DNA from: Candidatus Bathyarchaeota archaeon
GTDB lineage: Archaea; Thermoproteota; Bathyarchaeia; Bathyarchaeales; Bathycorpusculaceae
Length of the DNA stretch: 64,000 nt
Assembly: GCA_963733095.1 (NCBI GenBank)
Contig: CAVTBV010000012.1
Span: 192,001-256,000 of the forward strand
Reading direction: 5' to 3'
The notes under the pieces were generated by a model that worked only from the letters and a program-made list of their open reading frames with translations, was not told the DNA's origin and did not search any database. Within the stretch, counting starts at the first letter, position 1. The number at the start of each line of letters is the position of its first letter. Shown here piece by piece: positions 11,323-21,690 of this stretch. Both the position numbers and the translations under genes were made by a program.

Positions 11323-11767
11323 ATATACCAAAATTCTCGTCGTCGATGACGATGAAACAATCAGAAAAACTATGAAAGCTATTCTTGAAGATGAAGGGTA
11401 CATTGTCGATATAGCAGCCAACGGTAAAGAAGCAATTCAGAAAACACACGAAAAAACCTACAATATTGCGTTGCTTGACATTCGGTTGCCAGACATAGAA
11501 GGCGTAGAACTTTTGAAAATGATGAAGGAAACCGTTCCTAAAACACGCAAAATAATGGTAACGGGTTACCCGTCGATGCAGAACGCTATAAGTGCATTAA
11601 ACAAGAATGCCGACGCATACTTGCTTAAACCAGTGGACATCGAAAAGCTTCTGAGTACAGTTAGGGAACAATTGCAAGCTCAAGAGAACGAACGCAAGTT
11701 TAGCGAGCAAAAAGTCGCTGAATTCATCGAAAGCCGAGTTAAAGAAATGTCAGCCGACACCATTTAG
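11315..11767 (+). CDS. Response regulator receiver protein
   Basis: ILVVDDD, LLDIRLPD, VTG, YLLKP; ATG at 11315 after GGAGGTGA. Confidence 0.93.
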   Translation: MDKYTKILVVDDDETIRKTMKAILEDEGYIVDIAANGKEAIQKTHEKTYNIALLDIRLPDIEGVELLKMMKETVPKTRKIMVTGYPSMQNAISALNKNADAYLLKPVDIEKLLSTVREQLQAQENERKFSEQKVAEFIESRVKEMSADTI

Positions 11768-11901
11768 GCAACACTACAATCCCAAATTTTCTATTCTTTA
11801 ATATATTTTTCAAGAATCTTATGCCAGTCAAAAACCAGTTTTTAAACAGAAAATTAATATGGCGCGCTTGTGCAAAAACATGGACAATGGAGAGTTAAAA
11901 A

Positions 11902-12114
11902 TTGAGTTTTGGAAACCTGAAGATTTTTAGCGGGGTTCAACAGGCGCTTGTATTAGCTTTGATGCTTGTGTCGATGTTCGTTCTATTCTACGTTAACATA
12001 GACTGGACATTCAAGATAGGCATCGCAGTAATAGTGTTCGCAATAATCTTCTTAGCGACCTTGGCAGCTAGTCTTCTGCAGCAACAAAGAGAACTTAGAC
12101 GAAACCAAAAATAA
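11902..12114 (+). CDS. Small membrane protein
   Basis: Two hydrophobic helices; GGAG upstream. Confidence 0.6.
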   Translation: MSFGNLKIFSGVQQALVLALMLVSMFVLFYVNIDWTFKIGIAVIVFAIIFLATLAASLLQQQRELRRNQK

Positions 12115-12411
12115 TCTGCATTTTGAATTTTCATTCTACCTGCCCCGCCTCAGCCATGTCGTTTTGTTGATGCTTTAATAAAGGGTTAAGAAGCGAATTG
12201 CCCAGATAAGGGACAAAGATTTAATCGGGCTATCCCAAACTGCTCAAAGATAATTCAGTTGCTATACTATAAAAAATTTAATTCTGCAAACCCTTCGAAT
12301 CCTAATAGAAACTCATTTCACAAACTATAGAGAGGCAGGTCAAATCACTAACGGCGAGTTATTGAAACTACGAGACAAGGTCAAAAAATAGAAAGAAAAC
12401 AAAAGGAGGGC

Positions 12412-13245
12412 TTAGTCGGAGTATAGTTTTTGGTAAGGTCGTTTCGAGAGAGGCAGTATCTTTTTGAATTTCCCGCTGAGTATTGTTTTTGGGTCGGCGC
12501 CGAAGTTGCTGCAGTATTCGTTGACTAAACTTTCGATTAGTTGCATATCGCGTTTGCCGACTGGCAAGGTTTTGGTGCCGGCTTCGGGTTCCAGTATGTC
12601 TCCGCGTTCGTAGATTACTCCGCCATGCATTCCTGTACCGACGAATCGAGCTTTGCATTTTTCGCCTTCTTTAAGGTTCAAACCCAAGATGACGATGACT
12701 CCACCAGCCATGTATTCTGCAAGGAAGTCGCCTGCGGTTTCTCCGACAACTATCTGCGGAATCTTGTTTTTGTATTCTTTCATGTGGATGCCAACGCGGT
12801 AGCCTACGTAGTCTTTGACGAAGATTTTGCCGCCTCGCATCGAGTGCCCCGTTAAGTCTCCAGCGTGGCCATGGACGATGATTTGGCCGTCGTTCATGGT
12901 GTTGCCGCTGGCATCTTGGGCGTTGCCGTGGATTACCATTTTTGGTCCACACATGAATGCGCCAAGGTCATTGCCGGGTGTTCCGTAAATATCGATTTGG
13001 ATGTTGGTGTCTAAGTCGGTTCCGAGGTATCTTTGTCCGCAAACGTTGTGGAGTTCGATGCGTTCGATATCATGTGTGATTACGGCGCGTAGGAGGCAGT
13101 TTAGTTCTTTGTAGTAGAGGTCTTCCGCGTTTATTTTTGCTACTTTACCTTCGATTTTTATGTGGGATTGGAATTTAGGGTCGATTTCTATTAGTTTACA
13201 TTTTATCTGCTGCATTTTCTTAGGCTCCTGCCATTTTAACGCCAA
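12412..13245 (-). CDS. gltB3: Glutamate synthase domain 3 (GXGXG) subunit
   Basis: GTPGNDLGAFM, GDFLAEYMAGG, GTGMHGG. Confidence 0.9.
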   Translation of the reverse strand: MALKWQEPKKMQQIKCKLIEIDPKFQSHIKIEGKVAKINAEDLYYKELNCLLRAVITHDIERIELHNVCGQRYLGTDLDTNIQIDIYGTPGNDLGAFMCGPKMVIHGNAQDASGNTMNDGQIIVHGHAGDLTGHSMRGGKIFVKDYVGYRVGIHMKEYKNKIPQIVVGETAGDFLAEYMAGGVIVILGLNLKEGEKCKARFVGTGMHGGVIYERGDILEPEAGTKTLPVGKRDMQLIESLVNEYCSNFGADPKTILSGKFKKILPLSKRPYQKLYSD

Positions 13246-14731
13246 GTATCTTGAGTTCGGTCTTGGTTAAACCAACACCTCTTAGAGCTAAGCGGTTGCC
13301 GCGTAAGCTTTCGATTGCGTTTATGCCCATGCCGCCCATCATGTCCTTAATCTCGAGGCTCCAGCTGTTGAGTAGATTTACGAGACGTTCGGATGCTATG
13401 TCTGGGTTTATGCGTTTGCTAATCCAAGGGTCGCTTGTCGCGATGCCCCATGGACATTTGCCTGTGTAGCAGCGTTGACAAACCGTGCAGCCCATCGCAA
13501 TCAAAGCTGCCGTGCCAATGTATATTGCGTCTGCACCTAACGCGATAGCCTTTATCACATCAGCAGCGCTTCTGATACCGCCTGCCGCCACCACTGAAGC
13601 GTTGTTGCGTATGCCTTCTTCACGGAGACGTTGGTCTACTTGCGCGACAGCTAATTCGATGGGTATACCTACATTATCTCGAATAACTTTGGGTGCCGCG
13701 CCTGTTGCTCCTCGAACACCATCTAACGCGATTATGTCTGCTCCAGCCCGAACCATACCGCTTGCGATGGCGGGTGCGTTGTGAACGGCTGCGATTTTAA
13801 CGGAGATCGGTTTAGTGTAGTTGGTCGCTTCTTTGAGCGCAAAGATTAACTGTCGCAGGTCTTCAATTGAGTAGATGTCGTGTTGGGGTGCGGGGGAGAG
13901 CGCGTCGGTGCCCTGTGGGATCATGCGAGTTTTTGCTACGTGTTCAGTTACTTTTTCGCCTGGAAGGTGACCGCCGATTCCTGGTTTGGCGCCTTGCCCG
14001 ATTTTAATTTCTACGGCTGCGCCTGCGTCAAGGTAGTTGGAGTGGACACCAAATCTGCCTGATGCAACCTGAACAATGGTGTTCGCACCATATTTGTAGA
14101 GGCTCTTGTCCAAGCCGCCTTCACCCGTGTTCCAGTAGGTTCCGCATTCTGTTGCCGCACGCGCTAAGGATTCGTGCACGTTCAAGCTGATGGCGCCATA
14201 AGACATAGCTGAGAACATGATTGGCGTATCCAAGCAAAGCTGCGGAGTTAATTGGGTCTTTAGCACGGTATCGCCGTTCTCGACTGCCAAATCTAAGTGG
14301 TCGGGTTTTGCACCAAGGTAAGTTCGGATTTCCATCGGTTCCCGTAGCGGGTCAATTGAGGGGTTGGTAACTTGGCTTGCGTTAAGGAGCAGGCGGTCCC
14401 AGTAAGTGAAGTCGGGTTTGTCGCAGCCCATGCCCGTTAAGATGACGCCTCCGGTTTCCGCTTGTTTTTTCACGTCGCGGATGGCTTCCATTCTCCAGTT
14501 GGCGTTGTCTCTGCTGACGTTTGGGTTCTTTTTGATTGTTATAGCGTGGGTTGGGCAGAAGGTTACGCATCGTTGGCAGTTAACGCAGTTCTCGTCTTTG
14601 CTGCAGACGGTGTCGGTTTCTTGGTCGTAGAAGTGTGTTTCGTAGGTGCATTGGTTCACACATACTTTGCAGCGTATGCACCGTTTCTCGTCTCGTTCAA
14701 CGAGGTATTCAGGTATTATGTAGGTTTTCAT
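13220..14731 (-). CDS. gltB2: Archaeal glutamate synthase FMN-binding subunit with ferredoxin domain
   Basis: AMSYGAIS, NTGEGG, QVASGRFGV, EIKIGQGAKPGIGGHLPGEKV, CTVCQRCYTGKCPWG. Confidence 0.95.
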   Translation of the reverse strand: MKTYIIPEYLVERDEKRCIRCKVCVNQCTYETHFYDQETDTVCSKDENCVNCQRCVTFCPTHAITIKKNPNVSRDNANWRMEAIRDVKKQAETGGVILTGMGCDKPDFTYWDRLLLNASQVTNPSIDPLREPMEIRTYLGAKPDHLDLAVENGDTVLKTQLTPQLCLDTPIMFSAMSYGAISLNVHESLARAATECGTYWNTGEGGLDKSLYKYGANTIVQVASGRFGVHSNYLDAGAAVEIKIGQGAKPGIGGHLPGEKVTEHVAKTRMIPQGTDALSPAPQHDIYSIEDLRQLIFALKEATNYTKPISVKIAAVHNAPAIASGMVRAGADIIALDGVRGATGAAPKVIRDNVGIPIELAVAQVDQRLREEGIRNNASVVAAGGIRSAADVIKAIALGADAIYIGTAALIAMGCTVCQRCYTGKCPWGIATSDPWISKRINPDIASERLVNLLNSWSLEIKDMMGGMGINAIESLRGNRLALRGVGLTKTELKILGVKMAGA

Positions 14732-15870
14732 TACATTACGCCTCCAGCGAGGATTTCAGCTGATGGTTTGCTGTTGTTTTTTAGTCTGCAAACGACAGGT
14801 TCTCCACCGCGGGGCGCCCAGAACTTGTCAAGTTGGGGCGAAACAAGCCTCATTGCAGCTTCTTCTGAAGATAGGAACATGTAGTCGCCTTTCGTGCCAG
14901 CAACCATGGGGCGAAGCTTGATTCTGTCGGTTAACCCTATCATTTCGCCGTGGTGAGCGATGACTATGCTGAAGGGTCCGTTCATCAGTAGGCTACCGTA
15001 AGTTTGCCGCAGCGTCCGCAACAGATTTGCCTGTTTGGGTTCCATGCGGTCTATTTCACTCCAGAGCGGTGCAGCAAGGATTTGGGCTACAAGTTCGATG
15101 GGGAGTTGTTGTCTTCGCATCAGCAAGTCTACTGCGTAGGCTAAGACTTCGGTATCAGTTTGCATGGTGCATTTGTAACCGTACATTTCTAGGTAGCGCC
15201 GGTTTATGCCGTAGGATGAGAGTTCGCCGTTGTGTACGACTGTCCAGTCTAGGATGTTGAATGGGTGTGCTCCGCCCCACCAGCCCGGAGTGTTAGTTGG
15301 GAATCGGCTGTGGCATGACCAAAGGTAGCCTTGGTAGTCTTCTAAGCAGAAGAACTCTGCGACGTCCTCGGGAAAACCAACGCCTTTGAAGACGCCCATG
15401 TTTTTGCCGCTGGAGAAGACAAATGCTTTGCCGGTTTCTGTGTTAATCCGCATGACTGCATCTAATACATAGTCTTCTTCTGTTTGGTTTTCGGGGCGCT
15501 GTTTTTTTAGTTGAACAAAGTAACGCCAGACTAGTGGTGGATCTCGCACGTTGGCTGGTTTGGTCTGCATCTCTTCATCGTAGGTTATGTCAAATTTTTG
15601 GGCGAGTATGCGGTCAGTTTTCTCTTTTGCGTCCTTGCTTAGGTACATTACATGGAATGCGTAGTATTCTTTGAAGTCTGGGTATATGCCATAGACTGCG
15701 AAGCCGCCGCCTAAGCCGTTGCCGCGGTCATGCATGTTTGCCATGGCGCGCACAGGGTCTTTTGAGCCGAAACGTTTGCCGTCGGTGTTCATTGCTGCGA
15801 AGATGCCGCAGGCTGAGAAATCCTTGTCGTCGCCGAATGGATTGATTATTTTTTGGTCGTTTTGATTCAT
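14731..15870 (-). CDS. gltB1: Glutamate synthase class II glutamine amidotransferase subunit
   Basis: ACGIF, DRGNGLGGG, HSRFPTNTPGWWGGAHPF, VHNGE, TDTE. Confidence 0.93.
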   Translation of the reverse strand: MNQNDQKIINPFGDDKDFSACGIFAAMNTDGKRFGSKDPVRAMANMHDRGNGLGGGFAVYGIYPDFKEYYAFHVMYLSKDAKEKTDRILAQKFDITYDEEMQTKPANVRDPPLVWRYFVQLKKQRPENQTEEDYVLDAVMRINTETGKAFVFSSGKNMGVFKGVGFPEDVAEFFCLEDYQGYLWSCHSRFPTNTPGWWGGAHPFNILDWTVVHNGELSSYGINRRYLEMYGYKCTMQTDTEVLAYAVDLLMRRQQLPIELVAQILAAPLWSEIDRMEPKQANLLRTLRQTYGSLLMNGPFSIVIAHHGEMIGLTDRIKLRPMVAGTKGDYMFLSSEEAAMRLVSPQLDKFWAPRGGEPVVCRLKNNSKPSAEILAGGVM

Positions 15871-17150
15871 TATTGTACCACACTCATTTTTCGTTGAAGA
15901 GTAACAGGCAGAACTGCCCAGCCGAAATCATCTCTTAGCAGGTCTTGCTTGAATTTTTTCACGTTAACTTGATTCTTCATCAGGCTGAAGATAATTCCAG
16001 CGCGGTCAATGCAGTTAACAAGTGTCATGCCAACGATTATGTTGTTTTTGAGGACCAGTTTCTTGTACACGTTGTTTTCTTTGTCCTCTTTAACGAGCAC
16101 TTCGAGCGTTGGGTCATCTTTGGGGTTAGCTAAGCCAATTGAGACGATGGGTATGCCGAAATACTTGAGGCTGCTCATGTTGGTTCCGCCTTCATAGCTG
16201 GCTTTTGAGCCTGCCATGTTGTATCCTGCAACTCTGCCCTCCAAAACCGCCAAAGGCCACAGAGGCAAAAGACGGTTCTGGTTGAGTATGAAATCATATG
16301 CTTCGGCAACATCTCCGCTGGCGTAAACGTCAGGCACGTTGGTCTGCATGAAATTATCAACGACTATGCCCCGGTTTATTTTCACATCGGTTCCCACTAC
16401 AAGTTCGGTTCTTGGAATGACACCGATGGCTACGATTACTAGGTCGCAGGGCACTTGATCGCCTTTTGTCAAGATTACTCCCCCGACTGCGGCGTCGTTT
16501 TCGGGTTTGCCAATGATTTTTTGTACTGATTGACCGGTGGCAAAGTTGACGCCTGCCTTTCGGATAATGGCTTCAACGATGTCAGATGCCTTGGCATCTA
16601 AGAGTAAGCTTAGGATTTTGTCCTGGAGCTCTACGACGGTGACTTGTAAACCGCGTTTTGTGAGGGCTTCAGTTACGCTTATCCCGATTAGACCTGCACC
16701 GATAACCACCGCGCTTTTAGCGTGTATGCTTCCAATTTTTGCAGCTAAACGCTGGGCGTCTGAGATGTTTGTGAAGGTGAATACACCGTCTTTTTCTTGA
16801 CCGTCCATCTTTGGAACGAACGGTTTGCCGCCTGTTGCAAGCAGAAGCTTCTCGTAAGCTACTTTTTCTCCGTCTTCTAAGATTACGGTTTTTTCCGTTA
16901 AGTTTAGGCTTACCGCTTTTTTGCCTAGGCGTGGTTCAGCGATGTTGACTTTCCAGAAGTCTTCGGTTTTGCAATTCATTTTTTGTAGGTCTGCTTTGCC
17001 GCTGACTAAGTCGCTAATCATTGGGCGGCTGTAGTGTGCGCAGGCTTCTTCTGTGATTACAGTGATTGCGCCAACTGGGTCTACTTTGCGGATTGCTTCG
17101 ACTGCGGCTACTCCTGCTGCTGAGGCGCCAACAATTACGTACTTCGACAT
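15870..17150 (-). CDS. FAD/NAD(P)-dependent oxidoreductase, probable electron input to glutamate synthase
   Basis: MSKYVIVGASAAG, LLLATGG, VIGAGLIG, VYASGD; start 17150 after GGAGG. Confidence 0.9.
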   Translation of the reverse strand: MSKYVIVGASAAGVAAVEAIRKVDPVGAITVITEEACAHYSRPMISDLVSGKADLQKMNCKTEDFWKVNIAEPRLGKKAVSLNLTEKTVILEDGEKVAYEKLLLATGGKPFVPKMDGQEKDGVFTFTNISDAQRLAAKIGSIHAKSAVVIGAGLIGISVTEALTKRGLQVTVVELQDKILSLLLDAKASDIVEAIIRKAGVNFATGQSVQKIIGKPENDAAVGGVILTKGDQVPCDLVIVAIGVIPRTELVVGTDVKINRGIVVDNFMQTNVPDVYASGDVAEAYDFILNQNRLLPLWPLAVLEGRVAGYNMAGSKASYEGGTNMSSLKYFGIPIVSIGLANPKDDPTLEVLVKEDKENNVYKKLVLKNNIIVGMTLVNCIDRAGIIFSLMKNQVNVKKFKQDLLRDDFGWAVLPVTLQRKMSVVQ

Positions 17151-17593
17151 TATGGTTTTACCTCCTTGAATACTAACGCTTGGTTGGGACAGTTGGCAAC
17201 GCACGCTGGTTCGGCTAGTCCTTGGCAGAGGTCACATTTAGCGACAACTTTGCCTTCTTTATCCATGATTAATGCACCGTAGGGGCAGACCATGACGCAG
17301 GTCCAGCAGCCCATGCATTTGTCTTTGTTGTGGGTAACTTCGCCTGTTTTGGGGTCTTTTGTCATTGCTCCGGCTAGGCAGGCGGTTACGCATGGTGCGT
17401 CTTCGCAGTGGCGGCATTGGATTGCGAAGGAGACGGGTTTGTTTACTTCGCGTCGGATTCTGGCTATGGGTTTGGGGTGTTCACTGTTGTAGGCTTTGAC
17501 TATATCTTTTGATTTTGAATGTGCTGTGGTGCAGTAGACTTCGCATAGTCCGCAGCCCATGCAGGCTTCTTGTTTTGCGATTATTTTTTTCAT
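17150..17593 (-). CDS. 4Fe-4S dicluster protein
   Basis: CMGCGLCEVYC, CRHCEDAPC, CMGCWTCVMVCP, KCDLC...PACVANCP. Confidence 0.93.
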   Translation of the reverse strand: MKKIIAKQEACMGCGLCEVYCTTAHSKSKDIVKAYNSEHPKPIARIRREVNKPVSFAIQCRHCEDAPCVTACLAGAMTKDPKTGEVTHNKDKCMGCWTCVMVCPYGALIMDKEGKVVAKCDLCQGLAEPACVANCPNQALVFKEVKP

Positions 17594-17867
17594 ACCTTAA
17601 ACCTCTATTTTGTTGGGTTAGCGCGGACAAGTGAGCATTTGCACATGGAGTTCAACGTCACTTGTGCAAAGTACGCCCTTGCTTGTTGATGCTTGATTAT
17701 CTTTTTTGATTAGTATTTTGCAGGTGTTTAACGGCATTTTATTGCCCTCTTTTTAGGAGCTAGCCCACCAAATAGCATGTATATTATATAACTTTGTTGT
17801 TAATCATTTATATGTAACTTAAGGAAATATGTAATCTAAATGAAACATTTATCAAAACGGTGAGTAT

Positions 17868-18971
17868 ATGGCAGAAAAAGACCTAGGATACAGACGCGTT
17901 CAATGCACAGGCAGGGGCTCATACATAATCTCGCTCCCAAAAGAATGGGTTGAAGACATAGGATTAGGCAGAGGCAGCGAAATCGCTTTCAACATCCAAC
18001 CCGACTCCACCCTAACCTTGGTACCGCGAGTAATTATGGAGAAAGAGGGCAGAGAAAACGGTGCCAAACCCAAAGAATACTGCGTAACCGTCGACCCCAA
18101 AGAACCACTACAATCCACCCTACGCATGATCCGCGCGTTGTACACAATAGGCGCCGACATCATAAGAGTCCGTTTCAAAAGCATCCAAGACACTGCCAAA
18201 TACAAAAACAACATAACAACCCTCGCACGCGACAATTTCTTGGGTTCAGAAGTAATCGATGAAACTCAATACGAAATCACACTTCAAATCCTAATCAAAC
18301 ACTCAGAATTCCCTATAGAAAAAGCCGTCAGACGCATGGCAATCGTCGCCCTTGCAGCAAACAGAGACGCCATCGCCGCCCTAAAAGATCGAAGCACAAC
18401 CCTATTTGACAGCGTAATTAACGCCCACAACGACGTAAACCGGCTCGGTCTATACATCGTCCGCCAACTCAAACATGGCATAGAACGAAACCTCTACCGT
18501 GAACTGGGCTTTAAAACACCCAAAGAATTTCTTCTCTACCGCATAGCCGTAAACGATATAGAAAGCATAGCGCAAAACGCCATAAACATAATAAACCACC
18601 TCGGCGCACTCCAAAAACTAATCGACAGCGAAACCCTCTTCATAAAAGATCCCATAGACGAAGAAATCTACAACCAACTCGTATACTTTAGCACCCAAGC
18701 CCATCAACTCTACGATGATGCCATCAAAGCACTCTTCAAACGAGAGTACAAGGAAGCAGAAAGATTAATCTCCAAACGCGAAGCACTCTGCTCACTGGAA
18801 AACGAATTAATCATGCTAATGTCAAGCAAGAAACTGGACCCAAACATTGCCTCCGGACTTCGCTTAATCTTTGACAGCTCAAGACGCATAATGGACTACA
18901 GCAAAAACATGGCAGAACTAACCCTCAATCGAACTGTAGAAGAAATCTGTTCAACACTAACCTACAAATAA
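17868..18971 (+). CDS. AbrB-PhoU phosphate uptake regulator family protein
   Basis: RRVQCTGRGSYIISLPKEWV AbrB domain followed by two PhoU-like repeats. Confidence 0.88.
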   Translation: MAEKDLGYRRVQCTGRGSYIISLPKEWVEDIGLGRGSEIAFNIQPDSTLTLVPRVIMEKEGRENGAKPKEYCVTVDPKEPLQSTLRMIRALYTIGADIIRVRFKSIQDTAKYKNNITTLARDNFLGSEVIDETQYEITLQILIKHSEFPIEKAVRRMAIVALAANRDAIAALKDRSTTLFDSVINAHNDVNRLGLYIVRQLKHGIERNLYRELGFKTPKEFLLYRIAVNDIESIAQNAINIINHLGALQKLIDSETLFIKDPIDEEIYNQLVYFSTQAHQLYDDAIKALFKREYKEAERLISKREALCSLENELIMLMSSKKLDPNIASGLRLIFDSSRRIMDYSKNMAELTLNRTVEEICSTLTYK

Positions 18972-18995
18972 CCTATTTTTTTAAAAAAATAGTAG

Positions 18996-19070
18996 TGCTC
19001 CGGCCGGGATTTGGACCCGGGTCGCCGACTCGAGAGGCCGGCATACTTGACCGGACTATACTACCGGAGC
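18996..19070 (-). tRNA. tRNA-Glu (CTC)
   Basis: GCTCCGG/CCGGAGC acceptor stem; anticodon arm CCGGC-CTCTCGA-GTCGG; T arm CCGGG-TCCAAAT-CCCGG; CCA not encoded. Confidence 0.93.
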
Positions 19071-20126
19071 TCGGGAAAGATGGTTCTCTATTAGAAATAA
19101 ATAGGTTTTGTAGCCTTGAATGCTAAACGATAAAAAGCAAATGGGTACCTTGCTGTTTATAGTTGTAGTAGCTTGGGGTGCCTTTTTTGACTGTGTCAGT
19201 TTGATAAGTTGACGAGATTTGTAGAAGGCAACACCTATTACGATGAAAGTTATGAGGGTGGGTAAATATGAGGGTAGTTCAAGGCCAAAGCTTTCCGCAA
19301 GCATGAATAAGCCAAGAAATCCAATTGAAGTCAAGGCACCGTTTTTGAGGTACTTGTATTTGCCAATAGTGTCAATACCTTTGATGGTTAGTTCTCTAAC
19401 CACAAGGGCCCCAACGCCTAGACCTATGAGGATTAGCAGGAGATTTATGGTAAAGGCAAATGCTCCTACCACACCGTCAAAGCTGAATGTTGTATCTAAC
19501 ACTTCAAGATAAACAAATTTAGAAAGATCACTCAATCCATTTGCCCCTGTCGTCATATTACGTTCGCTTGACTCCGCTGTTTCCTTCAAGCCGTACAGTA
19601 TGAAGAAGGTAGCACTTCCTATAGCCGCCGCAAGCATAACCATCGAGTTTGCACGTGCCAGATACATAATCACTGCAAGTGAGATGGCTGCAAAGGCAAA
19701 GAACCAAACGCCATGTTTCTCTTTAAGATATCTTTCGATGAAGAGGGGCTCTTTCTTTTCAAGAAATAGCCAATGCGAATATAAATACATTAGAAAAACG
19801 CCTCCGAACATTAATATTATTGGTTTTTGTAGTTCGATGGCTTTTGCCGCTATGTCGCTCTGTCCTGAGAATGCCAAGAATATGTCTGGCAAACTCATGT
19901 TAGGAACAGAAACCCAAACGATCAGTAAGGGCAACAAAAATCTAACAAGGAACACTGAGGATACGATGCCGATTAAGAGGAACCGTTTGCGCCAGATCAA
20001 GCCCATAGTTTTTAGAACGGAGGCGTTAACTACAGCATTGTCTACGCTGTTGACAACTTCAAACACTATCAGCCCAAGTACTATTGCAATTTCCTCAACT
20101 AAGGACAATTTCGAAATTACACCCAA
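19056..20126 (-). CDS. DUF475/TerC-like integral membrane protein
   Basis: FEVVNSVDNAVVNA, YLEVLDTTFSFDGVVGAFA, KYLKNGA. Confidence 0.88.
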   Translation of the reverse strand: MGVISKLSLVEEIAIVLGLIVFEVVNSVDNAVVNASVLKTMGLIWRKRFLLIGIVSSVFLVRFLLPLLIVWVSVPNMSLPDIFLAFSGQSDIAAKAIELQKPIILMFGGVFLMYLYSHWLFLEKKEPLFIERYLKEKHGVWFFAFAAISLAVIMYLARANSMVMLAAAIGSATFFILYGLKETAESSERNMTTGANGLSDLSKFVYLEVLDTTFSFDGVVGAFAFTINLLLILIGLGVGALVVRELTIKGIDTIGKYKYLKNGALTSIGFLGLFMLAESFGLELPSYLPTLITFIVIGVAFYKSRQLIKLTQSKKAPQATTTINSKVPICFLSFSIQGYKTYLFLIENHLSRAPVV

Positions 20127-20382
20127 CTATGAACTGATGTGCAAAACCGTTTTAATAAACAAGCTCTTGGCTATTTGGCCATAAACTGAGAGATCTAAGA
20201 TTTCAATATGTTCTTTTAAAAGAAGGTCCTATGTTCGCTACAGATTTGGATCTCCTATTAGAAATTCCTTGAAAAGCTTTAGAGAACCAGACAAATCTCA
20301 GGTGGTACGTCTATAGTTGGTTTTCAGGTCATTTACAACGCTAAAAACAGTCTAAAAATAATAGAAAGAGGTTTGAACCGTA

Positions 20383-20784
20383 TTATGAGCTGATTCTTTT
20401 TATTATCCAAGTATGAGTAGCGGTTTTTTCCATGAAAACGGCGATTTTGTTTTCGCCCACCGTCATACACAGTACCTTAACGGTTTTGCCCTCTACCAAA
20501 ACGCTTTTTATTTCTTCCATGTTGAATTGGTTTGCAATTTCGCTGCTTGACTCCGAGATTTGAGATGTTAAGATTGCGTAATCGATTATTTTGTCTTGTT
20601 CGGTTAAGTCGATTATGGCTGAGGTGTCGCTCCTTAGTATGTAACCGTTGATGCCGTTGAGTTTGCGTATTTCGGCTAAACTGGTCGATAGACTTGCGAA
20701 TTCGGCGTTTTCGTCTCCGACTGAAATAATTGGTGCAGTGTCAGAAAGCTCTGGCGCGATTTCTACGTAAGTTTTTTGTTTCAC
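20383..20784 (-). CDS. Roadblock/LC7 domain protein
   Basis: LAEIRKLNGINGYILR...IKSVLVEGKTVKVLC pattern. Confidence 0.7.
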   Translation of the reverse strand: MKQKTYVEIAPELSDTAPIISVGDENAEFASLSTSLAEIRKLNGINGYILRSDTSAIIDLTEQDKIIDYAILTSQISESSSEIANQFNMEEIKSVLVEGKTVKVLCMTVGENKIAVFMEKTATHTWIIKRISS

Positions 20785-20797
20785 AGTTATTCCTCGC

Positions 20798-21667
20798 TTA
20801 TTCTATTACTGGCTTAACCATGACCAGGTTGCCTTTTTCAGTTTGCAGGGTTTGGAGGATTTTCTCCGGGATTTGGATTACGCCTTTGGAGTTGTTTTTT
20901 GCATCCTTTATGGCTTTGAATTTGCATGTGGTTTTTTTGCCGTCTAATGCTTCAATGTTGACCGTTGTAATTTGTTTGCCGTCGTAGATTTCGTTCCATT
21001 TCGCAATAACGTCGGCCTTGATTCGGACAGTGTCAGCGGCAACAAGTAGGCCTCCGATTTTTTCCACCATGAACTGGTTTATTGGTGTGGATGGAAGAAT
21101 CGGTTCAATGGGTTCTTGCGGTTCACTGATGGGTTCGATGGTTGGTTCGGTGATAGATTCAGTCGTTGGTTCGGTGATAGATTCAGTCGTTGGTTCGGTG
21201 ATAGATTCAGTCGTTGGTTCATCTTCAACTGGAAAAACCGTTTCTTCAGTCAGTTTCTCTTCAGGTTGGAGAACTTGCGGCACAGGTTTTTCTTTGGGCG
21301 AAGACACAATTTGGTCCACAAGCCGCACAACTGTTGGAATCAAAACATGAGTTAAAGACTTAATGATTTCTTGGTTTGCTGCCCGCGTGGAAACTGTTGC
21401 CAGAAAAAGGTTATCCATAGCTGAGATGTTTAGTTGGCTGTCGGCAGCTTGAATGGTCAGGTCTTCTATGCCGCCGATGCTTTGAGCCTGCGATGCTATG
21501 CTGCCGAAGTGTAGGATGAGTTTTCTGGTTTGGTCTTCGGTTGTGGCTTCTGTGTTGGCGATGGTTTCGCCGTTGTTGTTGAATATCAGGGCGTTGGTGG
21601 TTTCTGGGCTTATGACTTTGAATTCATCTAGAACCGTTTGAAGCGGGTTCGAGCAAGCCTCGGTCAC
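20798..21667 (-). CDS. Roadblock/LC7-like domain, Pro/Glu/Thr linker and C-terminal beta domain
   Basis: N-terminal NALIFNNNGETIA...IEDLTIQA; TEPTTESI repeats. Confidence 0.65.
   Translation of the reverse strand: MTEACSNPLQTVLDEFKVISPETTNALIFNNNGETIANTEATTEDQTRKLILHFGSIASQAQSIGGIEDLTIQAADSQLNISAMDNLFLATVSTRAANQEIIKSLTHVLIPTVVRLVDQIVSSPKEKPVPQVLQPEEKLTEETVFPVEDEPTTESITEPTTESITEPTTESITEPTIEPISEPQEPIEPILPSTPINQFMVEKIGGLLVAADTVRIKADVIAKWNEIYDGKQITTVNIEALDGKKTTCKFKAIKDAKNNSKGVIQIPEKILQTLQTEKGNLVMVKPVIE
21141..21220. repeat. 24-bp coding tandem repeat, 3.3 copies
   Basis: GTTGGTTCGGTGATAGATTCAGTC at 21141, 21165 and 21189, plus a partial copy. Confidence 0.95.
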
Positions 21668-21690
21668 TGTTTTGTCTCCTTTCTTAGGTC

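Noticed and set aside
21141-21220. 24-bp repeats as a mini CRISPR
   Set aside because: Head-to-tail with no spacers, and in frame within a CDS (TEPTTESI).
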